The notes under the pieces were generated by a model. It was not told the origin of the DNA and made no database searches. It saw nothing but the letters and a program-made list of their open reading frames with translations. DNA of 64,000 bases from the human T2T-CHM13v2.0 reference genome, Homo sapiens. Below are positions 1-13,466 of the stretch, in pieces. Within the stretch, counting starts at the first letter, position 1. Each line of letters begins with the position of its first letter. The translations under genes were made by a program, and so were the position numbers. The stretch is taken from assembly GCF_009914755.1 (NCBI RefSeq), contig NC_060931.1; one strand, 5' to 3'.

Positions 1-77
1 GGTTTTTTTTAAAGGTCTACTGAATTAGACATTTTCAGAAAGCATTTAAAATTATGGGATTATAAATATAAAGAGGA

Positions 78-443
<366 letters not shown>

Positions 444-863
444 TTAAGTATTCAATTCTAATTTTCCGACCTTTGCTTTAAGTAAATGACTGCGTCTTTC
501 AGTGGATATTGAAGGTACAGCAGGAAATCATGCTCTGTAAGAATGGAACACCTGAAAGAATTAGGTAGGTGTCCTTGGTTTAGTTGAGTCACAGGCTAAC
601 TCCAGAGAAATTTAATTACCATGTAGCAGAGCCTCAAGATGAGATTTTAATACTCTGCCATTTTTAAGCTTTGTTTTGCTGACTGAAATACCTCTGTGTA
701 TAAATAATACTTATCTCTGCTTAGTTGTATGTCAGCTGATTGACTTTAAAGTTGTGGAATATTTGTAATTTGTCTTTTACCCCCTTTATCTGTTTTGTAT
801 TTGCTTCTATTCCTTTTTCTTTGTGGTTACCTTCATCCCAGCTAAATTTGCTCTACTTTAAGA

Positions 864-1026
864 CAGTGGTCCTTAAACATTAGGGTGCATTTGAAGCACC
901 TGAAAGGCTTGTTAAAAGGGTTTCTGTTTTAAAATTCTGAAGTGGTGACCAAGAATTTGTATTTCTAACAGGTTCCCAAGTGATACAGATATTACTGGTC
1001 TGGAGACTAAACTATGGCAATCACTG
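864..1026 (+). mobile_element. MER5A-like hAT-Charlie non-autonomous DNA transposon
   Basis: CAGTG...CACTG termini. Internal agaatttgtatttctaacaggttcccaagtgat matches the MER5A consensus as I recall it. A further MER5-type fragment follows at ~1063-1173. Confidence 0.8.
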
Positions 1027-1689
1027 CCTTATGCATAAAGCCCTTATGCTAAAGTCCTAAGATAGTGGTTCTCAATTGGCTAGAGATACAAAAATATCAC
1101 CTATAGAAGGAATTACAGAAAAATAAGCAAAAACAGGCCTGGATCTCACTCTTGAAGATTCCAATCAGTAGGTGAACAATTTAGCAATAGTACCTCAGAG
1201 TTTAAGTTTAAGAAGTTTAAGAGTTTAAGGGCATATGCCTTTTTTGCATATGCCCACATATCACTCATCTAAACCCAGTGAATTGCCTTTTTGAAGTCTC
1301 TTTTTTTTTTGTTCTAATGTGAGGATGTCATGAGACCAAGAGCTCCATTCTTTACTCGCTGAACCTGATCATTGACTCTTAGGGCTTTTAGGGAGGAGAT
1401 ACAGTTGTCTTGGCCAAAATGGTATTATAAAATGTTGAAGCCAGGTGCTGATAAACTCAGAATTATTAAAAGCTCTTTTTGTAAAGTAACACACCAGTTA
1501 AAGGGTGTTTTTTTCCCCCTAATAGTGACCCTTGAATCAGATTGGCATGGCAACGTTCTAGATTGCTCTGAAATAGCACTTTGTCTGTTGTCTCCCTGAG
1601 ACAGTGATCTGTTTTCACTATAGTCAGAAAGTGTGATACAGTCCTGCCAAGCAAAACTAGCTTTCAGGCTTTAGATTCTAAACTTCTAA

Positions 1690-3605
1690 TTTCCCTTAGG
1701 ACTTTCTCTTTAACTCATGGGTTATTTAGAAGTGTATTTTATTTCCAAATATTCGGAGGATTTTCCATATATATTTCTGCTAATGATTTCTGGTTTAATT
1801 GCATCTTTAATATCTCCGTCATCCCAGAGTTTGTTCTGCTGATTGCTTTGTTTCTTGACAGTGGATTTTCTTTTTCATTTTATGTGCCTCATAACTTTTG
1901 ATTGAATGTTGGACATCATGAGTTGAACAGTAGAATACTTACGCCTGAAAAGGGCACACCTGTTCTTTTTCAAGGCTGTTAGTATGGGGGAGTTGAGTCA
2001 GTTTAATCTGGAGTTGAGCTGGGCTTATATTTTCTTGTTGCTCTGCTTACCTCAGTGTACCACAAGGCTTCAGATTTCTTTGGATTTCTTTACTATTTCC
2101 TGTGTTTCTGGTTGAGGTTGTAATGCCAGAGTGCTTTTCGTCATTTGTACTCCCCTGTTAAATTTCACCTTTCTCTGTATGCCTGTGCTACTGAAGAAGC
2201 CCCATTGCACTGTCTTTCCTCTTACTTAGCAGTAGACTGTCACATATTACTCAGTGCTTGCTGGTCTGGTGGTATTAGCCAAAGGAGTTCTTAATTTTCC
2301 TCATTCAAACTCAGCCTTCAGCCTCCAAAGAATCACAAGCTTGGTTCTTGAGTGTAGGCCTTTTTCATTGTTCTCTGCCCTTTTTCCTATGGCAGCTTTA
2401 TTCTGGCTTGTGTCTTTGGCACATCTTGTGAGGGAGTTTCCTTCTGACTCTCAGGGGTAGGAGACCTTTAAAAGTACAAGGGTAGTATACTGGGCCCAGA
2501 AATGTTTCCTGTCACTCCTGTAGGAGTAGAGGATTTTTTTTTCCTCTTATGTTTTTTTCTCTTCACAGTGAGATTACTCTGTTCCCTGTGTGGCAGCAGG
2601 GTTTACAGCCTTTCTTTTAATGACATTATGGCTTTCATTCCTTAAAGGAGAAGGGTCTGGGTGAGACTTTGGGTCTTTCCCACTGTGGTGGCCGCTCCCC
2701 TTCTCCAGGTCTACACTGCCAACCAGTGAATGGTCTTTCTAATGGCCCAAATTGTCTGAATCTTTTTCTTGAGTACCTGGTGGAGGTGTCTGTTAGTTTT
2801 CTCTGGCTGTTAGAACAAATTACTACAAATTTGGTAGCTTAAAACAATATAAAATTTTTTCATAATTTTGGAAGACATAAGTCCAAAACCAGTTTCATTT
2901 GGTCAAGGTGTTCAGCAAGGCTGGTTTCTTCTAGAGTGTTTGGGGGTAGAACCCATTTTCTTGCCTTTTCTAGCACTAGAGTTGTTCTGCACTCCTTGGT
3001 TCATGACCCCCAACTTCTTGCAGCTATAGTCACATCTATTTATCTCTCTGATTCTGACTCCTCCTACTTCTCTCTTACAAGAGCTCTTTCCTGTGATTAT
3101 ATCAGGCCCCTCTTCTCAAAATTCTTAATCATATTTGCAAAATCCCTTTTACCATACAAGATAACATATTCACAGATTCAGGGCATTAGAACATGGACTC
3201 TTTTGTATTGTTATTCAGCCTACCACAGGGTTCCTGGAAAAAAGTTTGTGAATGAAGGTAACCGTCCCTGGGGCTGTGGCTCCCAAGGCTTCTGTACTCT
3301 GATATTAGCCAACATTTCACCTTTAGCAAACCTTTAAAATTTATAACTGAATTCTTACTCATGTAGTGTTGAGCAGCTCTTCCTCTCATGCTCTGCCACA
3401 GGTGATCCAGAGCTTGGATCCCATCCTTCTTTTATGGGGTCTATCTTTCTTGTATTTCAGGCCACTTGGTTGCCCTCTGACATCAGCTCTCTCATGGCTT
3501 GAAAAGTTATAATTTTGTAGTTTATCTTTTTTTTTCTTGCTAGGATAGAAGGAGTGTTATTTCCAGTTGTTGTTGTTGTTATTGTTTTTCCATTCTAGCC
3601 AGAGG
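1690..3605 (-). mobile_element. Old L1 (L1M-type) fragments, interrupted by an MLT1 LTR
   Basis: Antisense L1M-like text (gggttatttagaagtgtatttt...ctgctaatgatttctggtttaatt; ttttgattgaatgttggacatcatg). The sequence stops at gagtacctggtggagg (2786) and resumes at gttcctggaaaaaag (~3230). Confidence 0.6.
2787..3227 (-). mobile_element. MLT1 (ERVL-MaLR) solo LTR
   Basis: TG...CA ends. Typical MLT1 text tgttagttttctctggctgttagaacaaattactacaaatttggtagcttaaaacaa at the start and ttagaacatggac...ttattcagcctaccaca at the end. Confidence 0.8.
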
Positions 3606-3764
3606 CAGTTCAAAGAAACTTCAGAAACTTTACTGAGCCTGAGGGAACACAAGTCAACTGCCAGTAATCACTACCTTCAGCTTTATAGTAATAGCAGTAG
3701 TAATAAACTAGAACAAATTGTAGTGATAGTAAGAGTGGTTGAGTTGAACTCATAGTGAAGGTAA

Positions 3765-4003
3765 GTAAGCACTTACCACAACCATATGCCAAGCATTATT
3801 TTAATTATTTTATACACTTATTTAATCCTTAAACTCTATAAGGTGGTTACTGTTTTTATTTACATTTATAAGTGAGAAAACTGAGGCAAGTGGAGATTAA
3901 GTCATTTTCTCAAGGTGTCAGGCTGATACTGACAGAGCTGGGATTTTAGTCCAGGAACTACTTCTCCAGAATCTGTACTTTTAAGCATGAGGCTGTGCTG
4001 CTT
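3765..4003 (-). mobile_element. MIR SINE
   Basis: Reverse MIR core: tttaatcct...catttataagtgagaaaactgaggcaagtggagattaagtcattttctcaaggt. Confidence 0.75.
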
Positions 4004-4838
4004 CTCAAAAAATAATTTGCTCTGAGGATATGATGGGTCTTTATTCTGTAATTAACTCAATTTCCTCTGTGAACTTTTTGCTGAACTATTTCCCAATTTT
4101 TTTGAGAGTCAAGGGCATTTCGTTTAATCCTGTATCCCTAGAAGTAAATGGAAATAAGATCAGGTTTTCTCAACCTGGGTTTCCTGGGAGAATCAATTCT
4201 TAATACTCTCAGGCATCCATTAAATGTAGAGAATAAATGTTTTTTCAGTGGATTTTAAATTGTATTCATTATCTACTAAATTGGGAGAAGTGAAAAAAAG
4301 TCAAATAATTTTCTATTTTCTGTGTTTCAAATGAGAAGCTCCTATAATCACCTACAAAATGATAATCCCTGCATGATGTAAGTATCAAGCATCATCACGG
4401 ACATCTCAGCTAGAGTATGAGATAAAACCTCAACTGGATTCTGTAGATTTTTTTTTTTACCCTACTCTCATCACCATTGAAATTGGAGACTGATCTTTTT
4501 CTAGTTGTTCTCTAGTCAGGGGATATATCTCTACCTGTATATAGAAGGTCAGCTTTGGGGCTATACTCTGAATTCATAACTAGTAATTCTATTTCAAGGT
4601 GCTGTGAGGTTTAGTCCACTGAGAATCCCAAGAGATTTGTGTCTTTGTCAGAATGCTAACTTTTAAAGGTTTATTTTAAATAAGGAATAAAGAGGTCTTC
4701 CTTAATCACATGGTTTTCCCAGTCATGCAAAGTTCATTTTGGTTCTTTTATTCTTTTTCGGTGTCTGAGTATATGCATGCATGGATATTTGCATGTAAAC
4801 TTCAAGTGGGATTAAAACCATTTAGGGCCATCCATGTA

Positions 4839-5118
4839 TTTTGTAAAGAAGATCATCCTGCATAATTACTCTTTATCAGTAACTATCATCAAAAAAATTT
4901 TCACAGTAGGATATTCTTATCCTAAAGTTTTTGAATGCTCATACAGACCTGACAATTTCACTTATAGGAGAAAGGGAATTTTGTAAAGAAGATCATCCTC
5001 CACAATTATTCCTCATCAGTAACTAGCATCAAATATATTTTTACTTTAGGATGTTCTTATCGTAAAGTTTTTGAATGCTAATACAGACCTGACAGTTCCA
5101 CTTACAGGAGAAAGGGAA
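4839..5118. repeat. Tandem duplication, 2 x 140 bp
   Basis: 4839-4978 and 4979-5118 align without gaps, with 17 mismatches by hand count (~88% identity). Confidence 0.95.
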
Positions 5119-5524
5119 CTGGATGCCATTTTCCAGTTCATTTACGGGTATTTCATATCGTATGTTGCTTTAACCTGGGACAGAACCCAGCAGCCTTTTA
5201 ACACTATTAAAAGCTCTATTTGGTTGTTGCCAATTATAAAGCAGATGTGAAAAGAAAAAGAAAAAGATAAAGCAGATTTGAAAAGTAGACCTTTAAGAAC
5301 TGTTTGGATATATCGAGTTTTTATAGCCATTCAAAAAGAACTCAAGATAATCTTCCCACAGGACAGTCATGGTGATTAATAAGGAACTACATAGGAAGTA
5401 AAGTTGTTTCTTGAGTTTACCAATTTCTGTTGGTGTTTTTCTGGAATTTTGACTTATCACTATATACTGGAAAAAAAAACTCATCTTCAAATGATTTCAG
5501 CCAATTCAGTACATTTAATCTTAG

Positions 5525-5881
<357 letters not shown>

Positions 5882-8249
5882 AGGACTAGAACTTTTTAAC
5901 GTATTTTATTCATATTGCCACAATGGAGAATTATTATGACACCTAAAATAGATAATATTTTATCAATAAAAGCTAATGTTGATAGATTTAAGGTGACTAA
6001 TCTATCATAGGTATTGATATCAGAGTCTCCTCAGTTTTCTAAATTATGACTAGGGATCACCATTAGGCGTAGTAGTAGGCCTTTATCATTTGAAATCACA
6101 ATTTAATTTCTTGGTGAATTAGGATTCAAGGGTAGGAGGAATTTGAGATATTGAGCTCTTCAAAAATTTACCTGACTTTTGAACTTCATCAGCAGTATCC
6201 CCACCATGTTGTTATGCAGCTATTGTTTGAATACTTTCCCTTACCACAGTTAATGCTAGAGGCAGAGTTCAGGCTAGTTCAGTCCTCATCTGAAAGTTTG
6301 CCTTCCCTTCACATTCTCAAAGTTCATTGTTGATACCCATTTATCTAACTCAGCATCTTGTTTAATATCATTGTATTACATAAGAATCAATAAAGTGCAC
6401 ACTCTTCCAAATCTTGTTTGTCCCTTCCTCTATTCTATCTTCTCCTTCATCTTTTCTCTAGCTCTGAGCTGTCAAACAGCCCATGGTGGGAAAATGAAGA
6501 CTTTAACATTTAAATTTAAAGGAAGGGGTGTGTGTATGTGTGTGTGTAGATAGGAGGGAGTGTATTTGAAGCTATATATTACCTGATTTTTCTGTAAATC
6601 TATCATATTCCTTTAAAAAAGTCTTTTTTAAAAAGTTAAAGGACTGTGAGTAGAAAAATTAATATTTTTCTTTTAAAATCTTTTGTTAATTATAAAAATT
6701 TATATACAAAAATATAAAAAGTAATTTTAAATCACCTATAATCTTACACTATCTCAATGTATTTACTTCTATTCAGACATTTTGATGATTCTGTTCAAAA
6801 CATTTAAAAAACTTTAGCCATGTATATAATTTGAAAGCTGAAAATATCAGAATATTTTGGGAACAGTTTTCTATTAAAACATTTCTTGATCCATTCTTTT
6901 CCTTTCCCATTCCTATGGCTTCCTTGAGACCTTTCGCAGTGTCTAGCCTCTGTTTTCTGCCATGTTATTCTGTTCACCTTAGCTTCTTTGCTGTTTTCTC
7001 TTGCCGCCTTTCTCTGTTCCTCACTTCTGATTATCTCTCCCTTGGATCCCTCTCTGTCTGCCTTGCCTCTCCTCATTTTTATTGCTAGTGTATAATTGGG
7101 TTCTACAGCTCTACTATGTCTCACTTCCCCCAACCTTCTGGCTCGTTTCCTCACCTGATAAAATGGCCAGAACTTGAACTCCAGTTCTTGTGGAAAGTGC
7201 ACCATTGTCCTCACTAATATCCAGAGCAGGGCATATGTTGTCTTCCTTCTTTAATCCCCACTGCACCCGGCTGTTCTTTACTTCTTTCTCTAAATACCAT
7301 TATTCCAAGGCTGTCTTGGACATTTACTGAACAATTTAGGGTAACAGAGGCCTTACACACAGAACAGTGTAAGATTTAAAATTAAATGCTTTGTATTCTT
7401 GTTCATAAAAGTTACTTGGCCATCCTTGCCACTAAGAATGTTTCCTTTTTGCCTTAGACCAGGTTTTATAAAAAGCAGTGATCAGTGACTTAAGATAAAT
7501 GTCTTTAGACTTAAAATGATGCTTCATTGTATGTCACGAAGAGATTAGATTCTAAGGAAGGAATTAGAAAATTAAGTAAATTTTGTGCTATAATTTTTAA
7601 AAGTTCATTTCAAAAATGCTTTTCTATTAGTAAAAATCAGGGAAGAGAGGTTTAATTTAAAAAATATTCATATTTGGATAATGAGTGTAGCCCAGCTGCC
7701 ACTGAATTTTTCTTATTAAGGTGGTATTCTGATGAAATTTAAATTAAAAAATGTTTACTTGGTATATTTTTTCTATAATTAAGTTGATTTGCTGATCTTG
7801 TTAGACACATGGAATGGCTAACCTGTCTAACACATTTAGTATTTATTGTATCACATTCTTTGACTTAAAATCTGTATTATAACATCAGACCTTTAAGTGT
7901 CTTTGTATTATTCATAAATATTTTTTGTTTATGTTATAAATGTTTGGATTTTAAAATTTTTAACACATTTTTAATAGATGCAGTATAGTCAGGTAATTTG
8001 TATTTAAAGAAAACAGAAGCCTGAACATGGTATATATTACATAGTGAAGTGTGGTATTTCTGGGGTACACAATTTTAGAGTAATAAACATAATTTCAAGC
8101 ACCTACAGCAGTGAAATAGTTCTCATTTTACACTTTTATATTTCTGTAAGATTTGTTTTTGCAGTTTTAATTTATCCTCCATTGCAGGGTGTTAATATTG
8201 TTAAATTATACAAGGGAAGGATTATATGTTATATACTTAATCATTTGGA

Positions 8250-8350
8250 AAGACTGAGACTCTTACCACAGTTCTGCTGTTGACTAGATGAATGACCTTG
8301 AATCAAGTTACCTCTAAGATCATTGTCTTATCTTTAAAATGAAGACATTA
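8250..8350 (+). mobile_element. MIR fragment
   Basis: actagatgaatgaccttgaatcaagttacctctaag...atctttaaaatgaag resembles the MIR core. Confidence 0.55.
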
Positions 8351-8914
8351 ACTTCATTTTTTCTTAAGTTATGTAACTTTTATAACTGAGAGATTTCAAA
8401 ACAAATATACAGTTTCAAAAAAGATCCTAAAGTCTGTAATCTCACCATTCATCTGACACTTGATTTATCTGCCTAGCATCACTACTAAGCAGCAGGGAAT
8501 GAGCTTTGTCAAGGATAGAGCTGTGAGCCCCTTCCTCCCTCTTGGCAGGAACTATTGACAATTGACTATTGACAATTTCTCTAAATGAGCTGATGATATG
8601 TCTTTACTAAAAATTTAAACACTTGGAGTCATACAAAACAAGTATGATCCAACTTCTAGTTGAAAAGCCAACTATATTGTTTTTGATTTTTCTTTCATTT
8701 TTAAATTAAGCATTCTGTTTCATCTGTTACTCCTGTATCAAGGTTTTCATTTGTATTGATTTTATATTTCTTTGGACATATGAAATAGACATTTGAAATA
8801 GACATAATAATGAAACGAGGTGAACTGAATTTGAAAATAGGACTGGACACAAATTTTGAAATTTGATTGATTTCCCCAGCAAAATGTTATTTTTAAGTCA
8901 TTTTGGCCTGGGAA

Positions 8915-9460
8915 TTATAGTAATGATAATGTTAGATGCTTACTGTATCCCAGACTATGTTTTCTGGTCTTTGACTCTACTATCACATTCAGTTCTTACA
9001 ACAGTCCTATGAGGTATATATATCTCCATTTTAGAAGAGAGGTAACTGGGGTACATAGACACTAAGCAGTGTGAAATAGAAATTATTCCAGTTATATATT
9101 TAAATGATATTATGTAAATTAAGTTATGTATTAGAATATAATTTCTTCCCTTCCAGAAAAATACTACCATAGTGTATGATAAAATCTACTGACCTTCACA
9201 TTAGTTGCCAAGATTTATTGAGGGCTTATATGCCAGTCAGTGTGCTAGTGCCTTCCACATTTGATCTCATTTAATCCTCATAACAACTGCTTGAGATAGA
9301 TACTGATTTCATTACTATTTTATGGGTGAGGAAAATGAGAAGAATTACTTGCCCAAGATTGTACAACTGGAAAATGGTGGAATTATAATTTGAGTCTAGG
9401 CAGTCTTAACCATACAGTTCATGCACTAATTAGGCATACTGCCTCACCGCACTACACTGC
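8915..9460 (-). mobile_element. Two MIR fragments (~8915-9070 and ~9212-9460)
   Basis: Reverse MIR motifs: ctccattttagaagagaggtaactgggg; tctcatttaatcctcataacaac...attttatgggtgaggaaaatgag...acttgcccaag. Confidence 0.7.
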
Positions 9461-11088
9461 TTTAGCATATTTGACTTTGTTGGGACAAAAAAAGTAGATA
9501 CTTCCTCTTAACAGGCAATTCTAACTATATAAGATACAGAATATATTGATAGTTACTGGTATGTGCATCAGTGAAGCCCTTTGAAAACAATTTTTTCTAC
9601 ATTAATTTGTTTACTAGTTGCATATGAAATAAATACAAAGCCCAAACTTGATCTTTGATTTAAAATACTGCACAGTTTTTTGTCCTGGGAAGATAGGAGC
9701 CAAGAGAAGTCACATTGCTTATTCTAGCTTATTTTAGTGAAATTTAGGATGTAGGGATATTAGCAATAGCTTTTTAGTTTTTATCAAACTTATCAACTTG
9801 AATTTAATTGGGGGTTAAAGCAGATTTCCATATCTAATGTGTCTATATTCGGATGCATTTCAAAGTGAAATACAAATACATATTTTCAGTTGTCTTCTCA
9901 TCTCTATTATTTGTGCATGTAATTAAGAGTTAATTGTATTTCTATTATAAATGATTTGGTTGCTTCCTCTTGCATTATACTTTTCCAGTAGTAAACTACA
10001 GACAAAGTAGTTCTCAGAGTATCAGATTCAGAATGTGCTCAAAAGCTCTTCACTTAGAGACTGAAGCACTGAAAAAAGTTAGCACGTGTGATCTTACTAT
10101 TTAACAAGCAAATTGACCTCTATTATTTCTTATATGTTGATAAATACAACATGTCTTTGAAAATTATGTTTCACATTGTATTCTTTTGTGGGGGTGTTTA
10201 CAGTTTTGTTTTTACTTTCTTTGGAGGTTATTCAGTTTGGCATGATAGCTCTCCTCAGTAACGCTTTATTTGTCTGTGTGCCACTTTTCACTTTCTTTTT
10301 CTCAATGGAACCTAGAAGCATTAAACACATCTCTTAATTGTTAATATAAAAAAGTGAACTTTTTCTGCGATGTGTGACTACTTGGCATTTTTACCTCATC
10401 TTCACAGATCTAAATGTTTGAAGGAAATGATAACTTTTTATGTTTACCCCAGTCAAAAAATTTTACTTCTAATCACTAAAATTTCTCCACTGAAAATAAA
10501 GACAAAAAGGTAACAAATAATTGTAACCAAACATATTTCTAATATAGTCTTTTTAAAAGAAAGTCAGCTTAGGCACAGGATAAGAATCATTTGAAAATTT
10601 CTTCCCCGAGTCTCTGTATTTGAGTATAACCAGCACTGTAACACACTGATCAGATGTGCTTGTTTTCAGCACAGTTTTATGTTTTCTCAAGCGATGTTAA
10701 ATTGCCATATTTGATGAAAAAATAGCAAATTGAAATTTTTCAAAATATTTATTGATTAAATATTTCCTTTTATAAATACAAGCCCTTCATCATTTTAATA
10801 TTATTTTCTTTTTTGCTTTAGAAAGATAGGTTTATTTTGACAACCAAAAGTAATAATAATAATACAAGAGGAGGCAACTCAATGTTTCAAATGATAAAAT
10901 AGTTCAATTTTAACCAATAGGAACCTACACAAGATCATGGCATTTAGGTTTAGAGTATCTATCTCTTTGGACCAGATCATATGTTATTTGAATCTACTGT
11001 GGTTTGTTAGTATGTTTCATAAGACATAGTGCAGAGCTGCTATGATCTTTAAATGTTAATGTTCTTTTCTTATCACTTTACTGTGTAG

Positions 11089-11101
11089 ATACCCTTCATG
11101 A
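11089..11101 (+). CDS. PHF14: PHF14 short-isoform alternative terminal exon, coding part: (R)YPS*
   Basis: Polypyrimidine tract and acceptor ttcttttcttatcactttactgtgtag|A at 11088/11089. Same phase as the 19953 exon (one base completes an Arg codon), then TAC CCT TCA TGA. Matches my recollection that the shorter PHF14 isoform ends ...LVRYPS; the upstream exon is not in the window. Confidence 0.8.
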
Positions 11102-12235
11102 GACCCAACTCTGCCACAGCTCATCCTCGGAGGCAATCCCGGAAACCTCTTTTATAAGTGTGATTTTAAAAATGTGGATTAAACTCTCGATAGAGTACAT
11201 AAAGTAAAGGAGAACAGCTATATTGTCCTTTCTATAAGCTTGTCACTGCAAAAAGTTGCCTTTTGCTTGTCAGGTTTGGATAGAATATAATTGATTGGTT
11301 TGTTACTTGGACTAACAAGGCAGTAGATTTGCCTGTGTGGAATTTTTTTTCCTATTTTTCTTCTTTTTGCTTTTTTTGCACTTATCAGAAATATTTGATG
11401 TGTGCATTGTTGAAAAATACTGGATACATGTCTTGTCAGAATTGTCGTATTAAGTAATGTCTTTCCCTCTTGCTTCTTTGGCAAATGTTGATACACAGTG
11501 TTTGGACTTACTGAAGAGTTACTGAAGCCTGTGGGACTTAATAAATACAATATGCTACTCCCTGTTGTGATTGAACAATACAAATAACAAACAAGAAAGA
11601 CAATGCATTCCATTAGTCTGCTATTCTGTTTCCTTCAACTTCATACATAGATTCATATATGAAGTACTGCATTGTAAAACAACTATAGACTCATATTAAA
11701 TGTTATTTCTATTTATAATATTCAGCAAAAGTGAAAGACTTGTGAAGCATATGACATTCTATTTTTGACTTATTAGTCCTAGTGTGAAAGCATTAATATT
11801 ATTAGCATGAAATTTTTACTTCAGATTTTAAGCTCATGAATAAAGATATATCTGTGTTGATCTCTAGATATTTTTAGTAATACCCAAATATATTCAGTCC
11901 TTATTGTTTTAATATAAGCTTTCTGTGTTCAGTATAATTTTATTTTTCTCAACCTTAAATATGAACTTAGGAAATAAGGAGGGAAGTACAAAGATTATTG
12001 ACTATACAACCTACCAGCTGAAAGAAAGATCTTCATCAACATCTGTATCTTTCCAGAGGTATACAGAATTAAAATTTGATCTTCAAGCTTTAATGATCCA
12101 GTTTTAAGTCAACGGCAGAAGTATGTTGAATATTTCATCACTCAATCTTGAACTGATTTAGAAGAGACTCTTTGCTGAAATTGAATTGCACTTATACATG
12201 TAAATTGTCAACATGTAATTTGGAATTTTCTGATT

Positions 12236-12241
12236 AATAAA
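12236..12241 (+). terminator. Candidate proximal poly(A) signal
   Basis: AATAAA preceded by two TGTA (CFIm) motifs within ~40 nt, with a CA about 13 nt downstream and T/GT-rich sequence around it. Confidence 0.6.
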
Positions 12242-13254
12242 TGTGGTTTTGGACATCTTTTCGGGTATAGTGACAATGGAAAATAGTTTAAACTTTAGGA
12301 ATAGAGTAGGTAATGTTATAGATAATCAAAAGCAATTGTAATTGTAAAGCTGCTGTAATCTAGTGATCTCTAGTTACAGTGAGGAACGCTATGATTGGAT
12401 GAGATGTTTGATAAAAGTAAAATGTGTATGAAATTACATATAAACAGATTATTAGCTTATTGAAAGATCTCATAACATTGGAGGAAAAATATTCATAATC
12501 TTTAGCAAAACTAGTAGACTTTTGTTTAAAAGAATAAGATAGGACTAGTTGTCACTATATTAGCTTAAGGAAATGTTGGTAATTATTACTGTTGCTGAAC
12601 TCTGGCTGCTTTTAAGCAAAATGACAGATTGCCATTTTCTAAGTGGAATATACTAATCCATTAGACCATGGCCCTCTTTTAATATTTAGTGAGAAATTAC
12701 TCGCAGTTGCTTTATTTTAGGTTTTTTGAGAAACTCTTAGGCCTTGTTTTGGTATCACTGTTAATCAAAATCCTTTTCACTTTGATTCCAATTATAATAC
12801 TATATTATCATCATTTTCCATCTTGCATTTTCAGTGGTGGTGGATATTCTATTCCACATTTGGTGCTAGTCCTAAGAATCTTTGTCACATGTTATACATA
12901 TAGACTGCAAAATTCATAAGATATAGGTCCTGCAAAAAGTATAGTTGAAGTAAGAAAACTTGAAGTAACTAGAATAGAATACTTTCTCCTAATAATCTCT
13001 TAAATGCTCTCATATCCACAGTATAAAATTATTCCGTGTCCATAATCGGTCCAACTACTATAAGGAGAAAATTGATGTGTGCTTAAGAAAATATGTACTA
13101 AATGATTCATATTTCACAGACCTACATAAGAAAAAAATGGCACATCAGGTAAATGATAGTTGTTTATCACACAGTAGGGAAAGGAAGAAACATGAAAATA
13201 TCAGGAAGGAGATGAAATGTCTCTGAAATACAGGAAGAATGACATAATAGCAAG

Positions 13255-13466
13255 TAGTGGTTCTCAAACGTTGTGCATTGGAATCACAGGAAGGATTTGT
13301 AAAAACACAGGTGACTACCCTATTCCTCTCCTGGATCTGCCCTCTGCCCACTTTACTCCCTCCCCCTTCACCCTGGAGTTTCTGATTTAGTAGAAAATTT
13401 GCATTTCTAACAAGTTCCCAGCTGATGCTGATGCTACTGGCCTGGAACACCACATTAAGAACCATT
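13255..13466 (+). mobile_element. MER5A-like DNA transposon with a pyrimidine-rich internal insertion
   Basis: tagtggttctcaaac...gaatcac...aatttgcatttctaacaagttcccagctgatgctgatgctactgg...agaaccat. Confidence 0.85.

Noticed and set aside
6804-7214. 136-aa K/R/E-rich minus-strand ORF
   Set aside because: By-product of a pyrimidine-rich plus strand; non-ATG start and no domain.
11218-11613. 131-aa antisense ORF over the PHF14 3'UTR
   Set aside because: Mirror of U-rich UTR sequence; no recognisable homology or antisense promoter/splice evidence.
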